From assembly GCA_965227295.1 (NCBI GenBank), contig OZ245742.1:1760001-1824000 (forward strand): a stretch of 64,000 nt of DNA, written 5' to 3'. The notes below the pieces were generated by a model, which had not been told where the DNA came from, made no database searches, and saw nothing but the letters and a program-made list of their open reading frames with translations. Source of the DNA: Leptonemataceae bacterium (GTDB lineage: Bacteria > Spirochaetota > Leptospiria > Leptospirales > Leptonemataceae). This document shows, piece by piece, positions 47,749 to 57,610 of this stretch. Both the position numbers and the translations under genes were made by a program. Each line of letters starts with the position of its first letter. Positions within the stretch are counted from its first letter, which is position 1.

Positions 47749-47787
47749 TATTTGGATGCCCATGTAAAGTATTGGGATATCCAAATA
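47749..47787. promoter_or_regulatory. Two tandem 18-bp palindromic operators (probably MarR)
   Basis: TATTTGGATGCCCATGTA (47749-47766) and TATTGGGATATCCAAATA (47770-47787) fit palindrome TATTTGGATATCCAAATA; lie between marR and the SDR start. Confidence 0.7.
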
Positions 47788-47820
47788 AAGGCGTGCGGCG
47801 AAGTCAATCGAAAAATCCGG

Positions 47821-48270
47821 CTAAGACTTGAGGTTGCGGAGCGTGCGGTCCAGCAGTCGCGTAAGTGTCTGGCGTTCCTCCGTGGAGAAGCCGGCGAAGA
47901 AACGTTCGCGGACGCTCCGGGACGCCGCGGTGATGGTCGATACGCATTCCAGGCCGGGGGCGCCGAGTTCCACCGTGAAGGCCCGGCCGTCTTCGTCCGA
48001 GCGGCGTTTCTGTACGTAACCGAGTTTGCGGAGCCGGTCCACCAGCGTGGTGATCGTTGAGTTGTCCCGGTCCAGGAGGGCGGCCAGTTCGGACATGGAC
48101 GCTCTTCGTTGCGGGAGCGTGGATAGCACAAAGATGACACCGGCATGGGCGGGGGCAATATCATCGAGGCCGCGGCGCTCCAGCTCAGCGGCCAGCTCCC
48201 GGTGGACGTGATCCCGGGTGCGGGCCACGAGATGCAGGACGTGGTCCGGATGCGGTGAGCCGGTACTCAT
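47821..48270 (-). CDS. MarR-family regulator
   Basis: SMSELAALLDRDNSTITTLVDRL.KLGYV.KRRS.EDGR. Confidence 0.93.
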   Translation of the reverse strand: MSTGSPHPDHVLHLVARTRDHVHRELAAELERRGLDDIAPAHAGVIFVLSTLPQRRASMSELAALLDRDNSTITTLVDRLRKLGYVQKRRSDEDGRAFTVELGAPGLECVSTITAASRSVRERFFAGFSTEERQTLTRLLDRTLRNLKS

Positions 48271-49508
48271 CGGGGGACGGCGGCCTCCCGCTCCCGGTAC
48301 TCGGACGGAGAGAGGCCGGTAAAACGTTTGAAGATGCTGTTAAAGGCGGACTTGGTGTTGAAGCCGGAGCGGAACGCTATCGCGAGCAGCGTAAGTTCTC
48401 TTTCGTGATCATTACGAATGAGTTCGCAGGCCTCTTCCACACGATACTCGTTAATGAACTGGTAGAAGTTCTTACCCAGGTTTCCGTTCAACACCTGGGT
48501 CAAATGGTGTCGGGCCAGTCCCAGGTGCCGGGCGAGATCGTGAATGCTGAGATCGCCGTCGAGGTACGGCTTTTCTTCGCGCATGTACTTGAGGAGCGCG
48601 TTCAGGTGTTCTTCCGCCTGCTCCGGACGCAGGCCGCTCCGTTCGTAACGCGCGGTGCTTGAGCCGTTATCCGTTGCGGGCTGCTCCGCCTCGTCCGCCG
48701 GTGAGTCGGCGCGTTCCGGCTCCGATTCTTTTGCCGTCGCCGGCGGATAGATGGCCGTTTGCCGCAACGCGAAGAAGCTGAGCAGTAGTACGAAGAACAC
48801 GAACGCCGGAACGTGGCCGGGCGGCGGTCGTTGGAATCCTTCCGGCGCGCCTTCGGGCAATGGGGGGCCGTTCGCCAGCGGTGTCGGCAGCCAGGCCAGA
48901 GCCGTTACGAAGACGTAGGTCAACACAAAAGCCGCGGCCACCCACTTGAGCCAGCGGAGCGTCAGGTTGTAGTGCATCAGCGAAAACTCGTCGACGAGTT
49001 TCAATTCGTGGCGGCCGAGCATACGGACGACGACAACGGAGTAAGCGATGAACGAGGTCAGGGTGGAGACGGGCAATGTGAAGTGCAGGACCGATTGGCT
49101 GTGCGGCGAAATCCACGCCGGGAATAGAATGATCAGCCCTGCCAGAACCGCGGCCGGCGCGAAGTGCACAAGATCGCGTACGGTCACGGCGCGGCCGTCC
49201 GGCAGATCCGGCGAGGTCAACGCGCGCGTATAAAGAAACAGGAAGGGACCGTACGTCAGCGGCGCCGCCCCGACCCAGTGCAGGAGCGGAGAAAGGCGCG
49301 GAAGCAGTCCGGGCAACTGCGGAAGGGCCAACAACAGCATCCAGGCCGCGGCGATCCGGTCCGGGGCCCGGAGCGGGTGCCGGGTGATCAAGAACACCGC
49401 CGCGAATACGGCGTGAACGAGAACGACAAGATGCATGGGGTCCTCATTCGATCGTCGCCCGGGGGGCGGCTCCGTCAAGTACTCCGGCGGCGCGTTCGCG
49501 GTTTTCAC
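48267..49508 (-). CDS. Membrane-anchored AraC-family regulator (start may be 49436)
   Basis: Multiple TMs (YGPFLFLY, HFAPA) plus KPYLDGDLS..DLA, NFYQFINEYRVEEA, SGFNTKSAFN..FK..TGLSPSEYR. Confidence 0.92.
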   Translation of the reverse strand: MKTANAPPEYLTEPPPGRRSNEDPMHLVVLVHAVFAAVFLITRHPLRAPDRIAAAWMLLLALPQLPGLLPRLSPLLHWVGAAPLTYGPFLFLYTRALTSPDLPDGRAVTVRDLVHFAPAAVLAGLIILFPAWISPHSQSVLHFTLPVSTLTSFIAYSVVVVRMLGRHELKLVDEFSLMHYNLTLRWLKWVAAAFVLTYVFVTALAWLPTPLANGPPLPEGAPEGFQRPPPGHVPAFVFFVLLLSFFALRQTAIYPPATAKESEPERADSPADEAEQPATDNGSSTARYERSGLRPEQAEEHLNALLKYMREEKPYLDGDLSIHDLARHLGLARHHLTQVLNGNLGKNFYQFINEYRVEEACELIRNDHERELTLLAIAFRSGFNTKSAFNSIFKRFTGLSPSEYREREAAVPR

Positions 49509-49539
49509 AAAAATGCTTCAATTTTAGAGGCCGGGGCTG

Positions 49540-51240
49540 TTGTCTTACGTAGAAGTGTGCTCTCGTCGATCCAGTCCCCCCTTTCCGGCGGTCGTCGTCG
49601 TGGCTGTCGTCTGTGCCTGTTCGGCGGCCTGTGCCCCGTTCTACGCCGTGGCCGACGCCCTGATGGGCTCCGGCGAAGAGGACAGCCTCCTGATTCCACC
49701 GCTCTTACTGCCCATCTTCTTTCAGCCCACGGCTGACAACGCCGCTCTGCTTTCGGTGCAGCCGACGAACACGTATCCCCTCGTCGACAATCAGCCCATC
49801 GTCCTCCAGTTCAGCGCCGGCATGAATACGGGGGCCTGCACCTTTACGGACAACGGTCTCGGCAGTCCCGGTTCGGCCGTGTGGTCGACCACCGCCAACG
49901 GCAACGATACCCTGACCCTGAGCCCGGCGACGACCTGGAACACCGGCGACAATCCGGGGCTGCTTCTCGAAAACTGCGCCACCACAAACGGAGGCTCCGT
50001 GGACGGCGGCAACATCAGTCTCAGTTTTACGGTCTACGCCGCGAGCATGGTTCGCTACGTGAAGTCCGACGGCAGCGATGCGAACGACGGTCTCAGCGCC
50101 GGTTCCCCGAAGGCGACCATCCAGGCCGGCATTGCGGGTCTCAGTGCCATGGGATGCAGCGGGAACTGCGCGGTCTTCGTCCACGACGGAACGTACACCG
50201 AAGTCGTGACCATGGGCGCCGGCATCCGGATGTACGGCGGCTATCGCGACAGCTTTCAATCGCGCGTGCCCGGGGATCATCTTACGATTATCAACAGCGC
50301 GGTGGTGGCCTGCGGAACGGTGGCCATCACGCCGTGTGCCACCGTGATTGCCGCGGGCATCACGGATACGGCGATGCTCGACGGCTTTCAGATCAACGGG
50401 ACCACCGGTCGTGACTATACGAGCGGGCTGCGACTCTCGGACGCGTATCCCATCATTCGGAATAATCGCATCAGCGCGCTCGGCGCGAACATCACGTCCG
50501 CCGGCATTCTGAACGACAACGATACTCCCGGCGTCGCCGTGCAGATTTACGACAACATCATCAACGGCGGGACGGCACCGTCCACGCGCGGTGTGTTGAT
50601 CTTGAGCGGCGCAGAGATGACTCTGGAGCGCAACACCATCTCCGGCGGCACCGCTACGACGACGGCTCACGGGCTGAGCATTACGAGCATTGCGTCACCG
50701 GGTGTTCTGGCGGTGAACAACTTCATTGACGGCGGCAGCGCGAACAACACCGCCGGGGTTTACCTGGCCAGTACCTTCAACACGGTGCAACTTTACAATA
50801 ACACGGTTCATGCCGGAACTGCCGCCACCCGATCCACCGGTCTGTTGTTGCAGGCGGACGGCGGGGCGGACATCCGCAACAACATCGTTCAGGGCCACGG
50901 CAGTGGTGACGATGTCTGTGTGCGTGAAGCCGACGCATCGTCGAGTCCGTCGGCCTTCACCGCGAACAACCTCTTTAACTGCGGAACGTTGTACTTTAAC
51001 GACGGCTTTACGTCGTACTTCACGGCGGGCACCATCGACGGTGCGGGCCTCGGCAGTGGTACCGTGGGCGTCGATCCGCAGTTCACCGCGACCGATGATC
51101 GCACGCTTACATCGAATACGCCGTGCTCCGTAAGCCAGGGCGGCAGTGACAGCGCCGGCGTGCGGGTGGACTTTTCCGGCGAAACCCGAACGAGTCCCGT
51201 GAGTATCGGCGCCGACGAGTGGGACGGTAACTGCACGTGA
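49540..51240 (+). CDS. Surface lipoprotein with Ig-like and right-handed beta-helix regions
   Basis: Lipobox-like AAC, IVLQFSAGM Ig-like segment, YVKSDGSDANDG.....PKATIQAGI, repeated NN.I.GG, SIGADE end. Confidence 0.75.
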   Translation: MSYVEVCSRRSSPPFPAVVVVAVVCACSAACAPFYAVADALMGSGEEDSLLIPPLLLPIFFQPTADNAALLSVQPTNTYPLVDNQPIVLQFSAGMNTGACTFTDNGLGSPGSAVWSTTANGNDTLTLSPATTWNTGDNPGLLLENCATTNGGSVDGGNISLSFTVYAASMVRYVKSDGSDANDGLSAGSPKATIQAGIAGLSAMGCSGNCAVFVHDGTYTEVVTMGAGIRMYGGYRDSFQSRVPGDHLTIINSAVVACGTVAITPCATVIAAGITDTAMLDGFQINGTTGRDYTSGLRLSDAYPIIRNNRISALGANITSAGILNDNDTPGVAVQIYDNIINGGTAPSTRGVLILSGAEMTLERNTISGGTATTTAHGLSITSIASPGVLAVNNFIDGGSANNTAGVYLASTFNTVQLYNNTVHAGTAATRSTGLLLQADGGADIRNNIVQGHGSGDDVCVREADASSSPSAFTANNLFNCGTLYFNDGFTSYFTAGTIDGAGLGSGTVGVDPQFTATDDRTLTSNTPCSVSQGGSDSAGVRVDFSGETRTSPVSIGADEWDGNCT

Positions 51241-51283
51241 GTGTGAGTTAGCTGCCCGGCGTCCGCCGTCGCCGAATGCCGGC

Positions 51284-52588
51284 TCAACCCCGCACGCGTT
51301 TTTCTTCGCTGCGCGCGATGATTTGTTTCTGAATTTCGGAAGTACCGCCGCCGATTTCGGCGAGCTTCACGTCACGGTACAGCCGGCATACGCGATATTC
51401 TTCCATGTAACCGGCGCCGCCGTGAATCTGCACTGCCAGGTTTGTCACCTCGCGCGCGTACGTGGATGCGAGCAACTTCACGGACGCTGAGCGGGCGGTC
51501 AAATCCAGGGGCTGTCCGTTGTGCGTGAGCTTGCGGCTGCGGCGGCTCTGCGGTTTTTCGAGAACGGCCGTGGTTCCGCTGCTATCGTCGGCGCCGGCGC
51601 TCGCGCTCTCGTTCGCCGGAGCGCTGAGCGGGGTTTCGTTGTATGCCTGATCAAAGAGCCAGGCCGTTTCCATCGTCAGCATACGCGCGGCCTCGTACTT
51701 CGTATACATGTCCGCGAGCATAAAGGCCACGCTCTGGTGGCGATCGATTTTGCGGCCGAAGGACTTGCGTTCTTTAGCGAAGCGCCGGCTGTCCGTAATG
51801 CACGCGGCCATGACGCCCGTGGAGTACGCGGCGAGGGCCAGGCGCTCTTTATTGAAGGCTTCCATGGTCACACGAAAGCCGCGCCCGGTTCGGTCGGCGC
51901 CGCCGAGGACCGCGTCCCCGGGAATGCGGACGTCTTCAAAAAACAGCTCCCCGGTCGGCGAGCCGCGCAAACCCATTTTCTTCATGGGTTTGCCGCGGCT
52001 GACGCCTTCCAGGGATGCGTCCACGATGAAATGCGTGAGGCCGAGATCACGGCCGTCCGTGCCGCGCGTTTTCGCCAGCACCAGGGCGACGTCGCAGATG
52101 GGCGCGTTTGTAATGTACGTTTTCTGTCCGTTAAGGACGTAGTCGCCTTTGTCCGTTTGCTGTGCGAGTGCCGTGAGGCCCTGAACGTCCGAGCCGGCCG
52201 CCGGTTCGGTGACGGCCAGGCAGCCGATCAGATCGCCCGAGATGATTTTGCGTAGATAGCGGTCTTGCTGCTCCTCGGAACCCTGGCTTGCCAGCGGCCC
52301 GCCGAAGAGTCCGCACGAAGCCCCCGCCGAGAAAAACGTGGAACCGCAGGTTTCGGCGAGTACGATCTGGGCGAGGGTGGCCAGCGTGTATGAGGCGTTC
52401 TGTCCGCCGTAGCGTTCTTCGTGCAGCAGACCGTTCCAGCCCACTGAGCCGAGCTTGCGATAGTGCTCGCGGGGGATGAAGCCGCTGTCCTCACTCTCTT
52501 CGACGAAGGGGGCGATCTCTTTTTCACAGAACTTCCGGAACGCGTCCAGAAATTCCTGTTCTTCGGGTGTGGGGTTGAAGTCCAGCAT
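51284..52588 (-). CDS. Acyl-CoA dehydrogenase with internal insertion
   Basis: LAVTEPAAGSD, LNGQKTYITN, KMGLRGSPT, QIHGGAGY, EIGGGTSEIQ. Confidence 0.93.
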   Translation of the reverse strand: MLDFNPTPEEQEFLDAFRKFCEKEIAPFVEESEDSGFIPREHYRKLGSVGWNGLLHEERYGGQNASYTLATLAQIVLAETCGSTFFSAGASCGLFGGPLASQGSEEQQDRYLRKIISGDLIGCLAVTEPAAGSDVQGLTALAQQTDKGDYVLNGQKTYITNAPICDVALVLAKTRGTDGRDLGLTHFIVDASLEGVSRGKPMKKMGLRGSPTGELFFEDVRIPGDAVLGGADRTGRGFRVTMEAFNKERLALAAYSTGVMAACITDSRRFAKERKSFGRKIDRHQSVAFMLADMYTKYEAARMLTMETAWLFDQAYNETPLSAPANESASAGADDSSGTTAVLEKPQSRRSRKLTHNGQPLDLTARSASVKLLASTYAREVTNLAVQIHGGAGYMEEYRVCRLYRDVKLAEIGGGTSEIQKQIIARSEEKRVRG

Positions 52589-52627
52589 GATGATTCTCCG
52601 ATGTTGCTAAAGTACGGCGCGCGGTAG

Positions 52628-53785
52628 TTAGCGGACTCCCGCGTAGTTTGCCGCGATGATGGAACGCATGACCTCGGAGGTGCCGCCGCCCAGGGTCGAG
52701 AGACGCACGTCACGATAAAAACGTTCTACGGGATACTCGTGAATGAAACAATAACCGCCGTGAATCTGGCCGAGTTCGTAGGCGGCTTCGATGGCTGCCT
52801 CGGTGATGTGCAACTTGGCCATGGACGATTCGACCGGCGCCGGTTCGCCGCGATCTTTTTTCACGGCGGACCAGTAGAGCAGGAGCCGGGAGGCGTCCAG
52901 TTTCGAGCGCACCCGGGCGATTTTGTCCTGAATGGCCTGGAACTTGATGATGGCCTCGCCGAATTGCCGGCGATTTTTCGCGTAGCGAACGGACTCGTCC
53001 AGCATGCCCTGCACGCCGCCGATGCCGGCCGCCACAAGTACGGTACGTTCCCATTCCAGCGTGGCCCGGCCGATGCGCGCAAAGCCCGAATCGACTTTGC
53101 TCAGTAAGTTTTCCTCAGGAACTTCTAAGTCCTGAAAGACCAGCTCACTCGTAACGCTCGTGCGCATGCCCATCTTCTCCAGCGGCTTGCCGGCGCTGAA
53201 GCCCGGAAAGTCCTTCTCGACGATGAAGGCGGAGACGCCCATGGGCCCCTTCTTTTTGTCGGTGACGGCCATAACGATAAAAACGTCGCCGATGGGGCCG
53301 TTCGTGATGAACATCTTCGAGCCGTTGAGAATCCAGCGGTCGCCTTTTTTTTCGGCGCGGGTTTCCATGGAACCGGCGGCGTCGCTGCCGGAAGCCGGCT
53401 CGGTGAGGCCCAGGCCGGCGGTCCATTCACCGGTGGCGAGCTTCGGCACGTAGCGTTGTTTCTGTGCTTCCGTGCCGCAGAGTACGATGGGCATACTGCC
53501 GATGATGGTATGCGCACCCCAGGCCAGGGTGAGCCCGCCGTCGTTCGCGCCCTCGGAAAACTTTTCGGTGGCGTAGGTCGTGGTGAGACAGTCGGCGCCC
53601 TGGCCGCCGTACTCCTCGGGGAAGCACAGGCCCAAAAGACCCATCTCACCCATTTTGCGCCAGATGTTCGGGTCCCAGTGTTCGCTCTTGTCGCGTTCTT
53701 CGGCGGAAGGTTTTACGTGTTCCGCGGCGAATTCCTTCACGGCTTCGCCGAATTCGATGACGTTTTCCGGTAATGTAAAGTTCAT
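52628..53785 (-). CDS. Acyl-CoA dehydrogenase
   Basis: GLTEPASGSD, LNGSKMFITNG, KMGMRTS, QIHGG, TLGGGTSEV. Confidence 0.94.
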   Translation of the reverse strand: MNFTLPENVIEFGEAVKEFAAEHVKPSAEERDKSEHWDPNIWRKMGEMGLLGLCFPEEYGGQGADCLTTTYATEKFSEGANDGGLTLAWGAHTIIGSMPIVLCGTEAQKQRYVPKLATGEWTAGLGLTEPASGSDAAGSMETRAEKKGDRWILNGSKMFITNGPIGDVFIVMAVTDKKKGPMGVSAFIVEKDFPGFSAGKPLEKMGMRTSVTSELVFQDLEVPEENLLSKVDSGFARIGRATLEWERTVLVAAGIGGVQGMLDESVRYAKNRRQFGEAIIKFQAIQDKIARVRSKLDASRLLLYWSAVKKDRGEPAPVESSMAKLHITEAAIEAAYELGQIHGGYCFIHEYPVERFYRDVRLSTLGGGTSEVMRSIIAANYAGVR

Positions 53786-53808
53786 AGAAGTTACCCTGCG
53801 TAGCTTTA

Positions 53809-54489
53809 TTATTCCTTTTCCGGTTTGCGTGTGCCGAAGGAGCCGCCGTTGATGAAGGCGCGCATCTTGCGTTTCAGCGTGCGGATTTGTTTTGAGTCCG
53901 TTCGGCGAACCGGCGAGAAGACGCCCGTGGAAAGCGACGTGAGCAGCATTTCCACCGAACCGAAGAAGGCGATCGAGAGCAGCCGCGGATCCGCGTCCGC
54001 CGGCAACTCGCCGTTCTTAATGCCTTCTTTAAAGATGCCTTCGATCATTTGAATGATGCGCCGGACGATTTGCAGATTCGGCAGGTTCTCGATGCTCCGC
54101 GCCCGTACGATTTCCTGGATGAGCAGGCGAATGATGTCCGGGCGCGCGATGAACGTGTCCAGCATGTAGTCGGAAATCTCCATGAGCTTCTCGGCGGTGC
54201 TCAGGTTTTCCATGGCCGAGATTTTCGCGATGCGCCGGCCGAAGCGCTGCCAGAGGTTTTCCAGGATGCTGGAGAGGATCTTCTCTTTCGAGCCGAAGTA
54301 GTGATACACCAGGCCGTAGGCTACGCCGGCGCGCTCGGCAATGTCGGCGATGCGCGTGCCGTGATAGCCTTTCTCGCTGACCACCGCAATGGCCGCGGCC
54401 AGGATGTCCGCCTGGCGTTCGAGTTTCTGCCTGGTACGCAGACTGCCCTGGGCCTCGGCTTTGGTGCTGGAGCGTGCTGCCATCTTCAT
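53809..54489 (-). CDS. TetR-family regulator
   Basis: ILAAA..V.SEKGYHGTRIADIAERAGVAYGLVYHYFGSKE; start 54489 or 54483. Confidence 0.94.
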   Translation of the reverse strand: MKMAARSSTKAEAQGSLRTRQKLERQADILAAAIAVVSEKGYHGTRIADIAERAGVAYGLVYHYFGSKEKILSSILENLWQRFGRRIAKISAMENLSTAEKLMEISDYMLDTFIARPDIIRLLIQEIVRARSIENLPNLQIVRRIIQMIEGIFKEGIKNGELPADADPRLLSIAFFGSVEMLLTSLSTGVFSPVRRTDSKQIRTLKRKMRAFINGGSFGTRKPEKE

Positions 54490-54523
54490 TGACACATATG
54501 TCAATCATTGACTCGGATGTCAA
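54488..54523. promoter_or_regulatory. Two tandem TTGAC-N6-GTCAA operators (probably TetR)
   Basis: ATTGACACATATGTCAAT (54488-54505) and TTGACTCGGATGTCAA (54508-54523) abut the tetR start. Confidence 0.75.
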
Positions 54524-54577
54524 CGAGTTTCCAAAAAAAGGTTCGTCGCCCGGCCCGGCGCGAAAGATTCAACCATC

Positions 54578-54901
54578 ATGCTGGATACGATCCCGGACAA
54601 CATCGAGTACGACCAGGCCGATCTGCGCATCACCTGGAAGGACGGCCATACGTGCAGTTACGAGCTGTTGAATCTGCGCAAGAACTGTCCCTGCGCCCAA
54701 TGTCGCGGCGGGCACGATGCCGGCGCCGTACGAACGACGGGGGGAATCACGGACATCCGCCTGGTTTCCTGGAAGAAGGTCGGCCGGTACGCGCTGGGGA
54801 TCACCTGGTCGGACGGGCACGACACCGGCATTTTCACGTACGACGTGCTGCGTCAGTGTTGCGATGACGGTGTGCCCTACGCCCCGCCGGGGGAGCGCTA
54901 G
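54578..54901 (+). CDS. DUF971 / GBBH-N-like small metal-binding protein
   Basis: I.W.DGH...Y....LR..CPCAQCRG, VGRYAL.I.WSDGHDTGIF. Confidence 0.9.
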   Translation: MLDTIPDNIEYDQADLRITWKDGHTCSYELLNLRKNCPCAQCRGGHDAGAVRTTGGITDIRLVSWKKVGRYALGITWSDGHDTGIFTYDVLRQCCDDGVPYAPPGER

Positions 54902-54903
54902 GC

Positions 54904-57063
54904 TCACAGCACAAAGCCGTGTTTGCGCAACGGCAGCGATCGCAAACGTTTGCCGGTCGCCGCGAAGATGGCGTTCGTTAACGCCGGGGCGAGCGGCGGG
55001 ACGGCCGGTTCGCCGACGCCGGTGGACGGTTGATCGCTTGCGACGATGTGCACGTCCATAGGCGGAATATCTTTTAGTCGCAACATCTTGTAGTCGTGAA
55101 AGTTGCTCTGTTGCACTTTGCCGTCTTTGATGCTGATCTCACCGATCAACGTCGCGGTTAAGGCCCAGACGATGGATGACTCGACCTGCGCACGCACGCC
55201 GAGGGGATTTACCGCCATGCCGCAGTCGATGGCCGTGGTGATGCGATGGATCGTGAGTTGCTGCTTGCCGTCTTCGATTTCCTGCACCGAGATTTCCACG
55301 ACATGCGCCGCCACGGATTGAAAGCTTTCGTGAATGGCTACGCCCTGAAAGCGTCCCTGCGCCGCGCGGCCCCAGCCGGATTTTTCGGTCAGCAAATCCA
55401 GGACGCCGAGATGTCGCTCCTGACCGGGCAGGTGTTTGCGTAAGTAATCCGCGGGGTCTGCGCCGGCGGCGTGGGCCGCCTCGTCCATCATGCTCTGCAC
55501 GTAGAAGCCGTTGTGGGTATGACCGACCGCGCGCCAGTTGCCGATGGGTACCGGTGTTGCGTGCTCTATGAATTCGATTGCAGGCCTGGCGGTATAGGTG
55601 TGCTCCGTTCCTTCGATCTGCAAATCCTGAGTAAAAAAGCTGTACGGCAACCAGCCGAGGCCGAGGATATTCCATCGCGACCAGATTTGACCCATGAGCG
55701 CTGGAGAGACAATGACCTGGCGCCAGTCTTTGATCGTCCCGTTTTCGCTCAGCGTTACTTCAAAGCGCGCCATGCTGGCCGGCCGGTAGAAATCGTGACG
55801 CGTATCTTCTTCCCGCGACCAGATCAACATCACCGGCTTTCGAATCGCCATGCCGATGTGCAGGGCCTGCTCGACGTAATCACTTTCCAGGCGCCGTCCG
55901 AAACCGCCGCCGAGAAACGTCGGCCGGATGTGAATCTTTTCCAGGGGCAGGCCGGTGACTCCGGTGGCGGCTTTGCCGACCAGGGTAAGGTTCTGCGACG
56001 GCGTCCAGATGTCACACCGATCATCCGTCACATGGACCGTGCAGTTCATGGGCTCCATGCAGGCATGCGCAAGAAACGGAACCTCGTACCCGGCTTCGAG
56101 GACCTGTTCGCCCGGTGCCGGTTTTGATCCGGCTCCTTCGAGTTTGCGACGAAACGCCTCGCTAAGTTTCTCCGAGGAAAACTCAGTATCGCCGCCCCGA
56201 AAGCGCGGCCGGAGCGCACCGAGTCCCATCTTTGCCTGGTAGTACGTATCGGCGACGACGGCGACGCCGTTCGGAATCTCGACGACCTCGGTAACGCCCT
56301 TAACTTTCAGCGCCGCTTCTTTATCCATGCTATCGAGGGAACCGCCGAAGACCGGCGCGCATTCCACGGTGGCGTAGACCATGCCGGGCAGGCGGACATC
56401 GATACCGTACTCCGCCCTGCCGTTTGTCTTGAGCGGGGTGTCCAGACGTTTTACGTCTTTGCCGATCAAACGAAACTCTTCGCGCGATTTTAACTGCACT
56501 TCTTCTTCGGCCGGTGGTTCCAGTTTCGCGGCGTCGAGGGCAACCTCACCGTAGCCCAGGCGTTTGCCGCTGGCGTGCACCACTTCGCCGGCATCGGTGG
56601 AGACTTCGGAGAGCGGAACGTTCCATTTAGTGGCGGCGGCCTTGCGCAGTTGCAGTCGCGCGGCGGCCCCGGCCTTACGCAGGACGGGGGACCACTCGCG
56701 TACGCTGCTGCTGCCGCCGGTGGACTGATGGCCGAGGCGGCCCGGGCGTATGTACGCGTCGTCCAGGGGGGCCATGCGAATCTGGAGTTGATCCCAGTCG
56801 GCGTCCAGTTCCTCGCAGATCAACATCGGTAGCGATGTGTACACGCCCTGACCCATTTCCACCGAGGGTAACATGAAGGTAATCGTGCCGCCCGGAGCGA
56901 TGTGCAGCCAGACCGGAAAGCTCGCCCCGTCTTCCGGAAGAGCTTCGCCCGTAGCGGGGATGATGTTCGAGGATGACTTCGTATTGCAGCCGATGAGCAG
57001 ACCCGCGCCCAAAACGGCGGAGGCTTTTAAGAAATCCCGGCGGTTGAGTTTCTCTGCGTGCAT
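54904..57063 (-). CDS. Molybdopterin oxidoreductase large subunit (IorB/isoquinoline 1-oxidoreductase beta-like), Tat-exported
   Basis: NRRDFLK Tat motif plus LLIG-C, EMGQG, TGGSSS, HACMEP, LGGGFGRR, GVGEPAVP. Confidence 0.92.
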   Translation of the reverse strand: MHAEKLNRRDFLKASAVLGAGLLIGCNTKSSSNIIPATGEALPEDGASFPVWLHIAPGGTITFMLPSVEMGQGVYTSLPMLICEELDADWDQLQIRMAPLDDAYIRPGRLGHQSTGGSSSVREWSPVLRKAGAAARLQLRKAAATKWNVPLSEVSTDAGEVVHASGKRLGYGEVALDAAKLEPPAEEEVQLKSREEFRLIGKDVKRLDTPLKTNGRAEYGIDVRLPGMVYATVECAPVFGGSLDSMDKEAALKVKGVTEVVEIPNGVAVVADTYYQAKMGLGALRPRFRGGDTEFSSEKLSEAFRRKLEGAGSKPAPGEQVLEAGYEVPFLAHACMEPMNCTVHVTDDRCDIWTPSQNLTLVGKAATGVTGLPLEKIHIRPTFLGGGFGRRLESDYVEQALHIGMAIRKPVMLIWSREEDTRHDFYRPASMARFEVTLSENGTIKDWRQVIVSPALMGQIWSRWNILGLGWLPYSFFTQDLQIEGTEHTYTARPAIEFIEHATPVPIGNWRAVGHTHNGFYVQSMMDEAAHAAGADPADYLRKHLPGQERHLGVLDLLTEKSGWGRAAQGRFQGVAIHESFQSVAAHVVEISVQEIEDGKQQLTIHRITTAIDCGMAVNPLGVRAQVESSIVWALTATLIGEISIKDGKVQQSNFHDYKMLRLKDIPPMDVHIVASDQPSTGVGEPAVPPLAPALTNAIFAATGKRLRSLPLRKHGFVL

Positions 57064-57082
57064 AGGTGCTTCTCTCCGAATG

Positions 57083-57532
57083 TTAAGACTGCCCCGTGGC
57101 GCGTTTGATGGCCCGGCGAATGCGCGGGTAGGTGCCGCAACGACAGATGTTCGTCATGGCCTGATCGATGTCCGCATCGTTCGGGCGCGGCTTCTGTTTG
57201 AGCAGCGCCGCCGCCGCCATGATCTGACCCGACTGGCAGTAGCCGCACTGCGGGACATCCTCCGCGATCCAGGCCTTTTGCAACGGATGATCGTTGTTTT
57301 CCGACAAACCTTCGATGGTCTCAATCTTACGGCCCACGGCCTGTGAGACGGGAAAGATGCATGTGCGCCGGGCCTCGCCGTTCAACAGCACCGTGCACGC
57401 ACCGCACTGCGCAATGCCGCAACCGAATTTGGTTCCGGTCAGATTCAGCGTATCCCGAAGCACCCATAGCAGCGGTGTATGCGGTTCCACGTCGACATCG
57501 TATTTTGTGTTGTTGATATCCAGGCTGAACAT
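57083..57532 (-). CDS. (2Fe-2S) small subunit (IorA-like)
   Basis: [32 protein letters not shown]. Confidence 0.95.
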   Translation of the reverse strand: MFSLDINNTKYDVDVEPHTPLLWVLRDTLNLTGTKFGCGIAQCGACTVLLNGEARRTCIFPVSQAVGRKIETIEGLSENNDHPLQKAWIAEDVPQCGYCQSGQIMAAAALLKQKPRPNDADIDQAMTNICRCGTYPRIRRAIKRATGQS

Positions 57533-57610
57533 GCGCGGTCTCCCGAAAGGTTGTCCCAGATCAACTCAGAACCCGGGTGAATACAAGAGGATTTTCTGAG
57601 ATTGGTTGAA

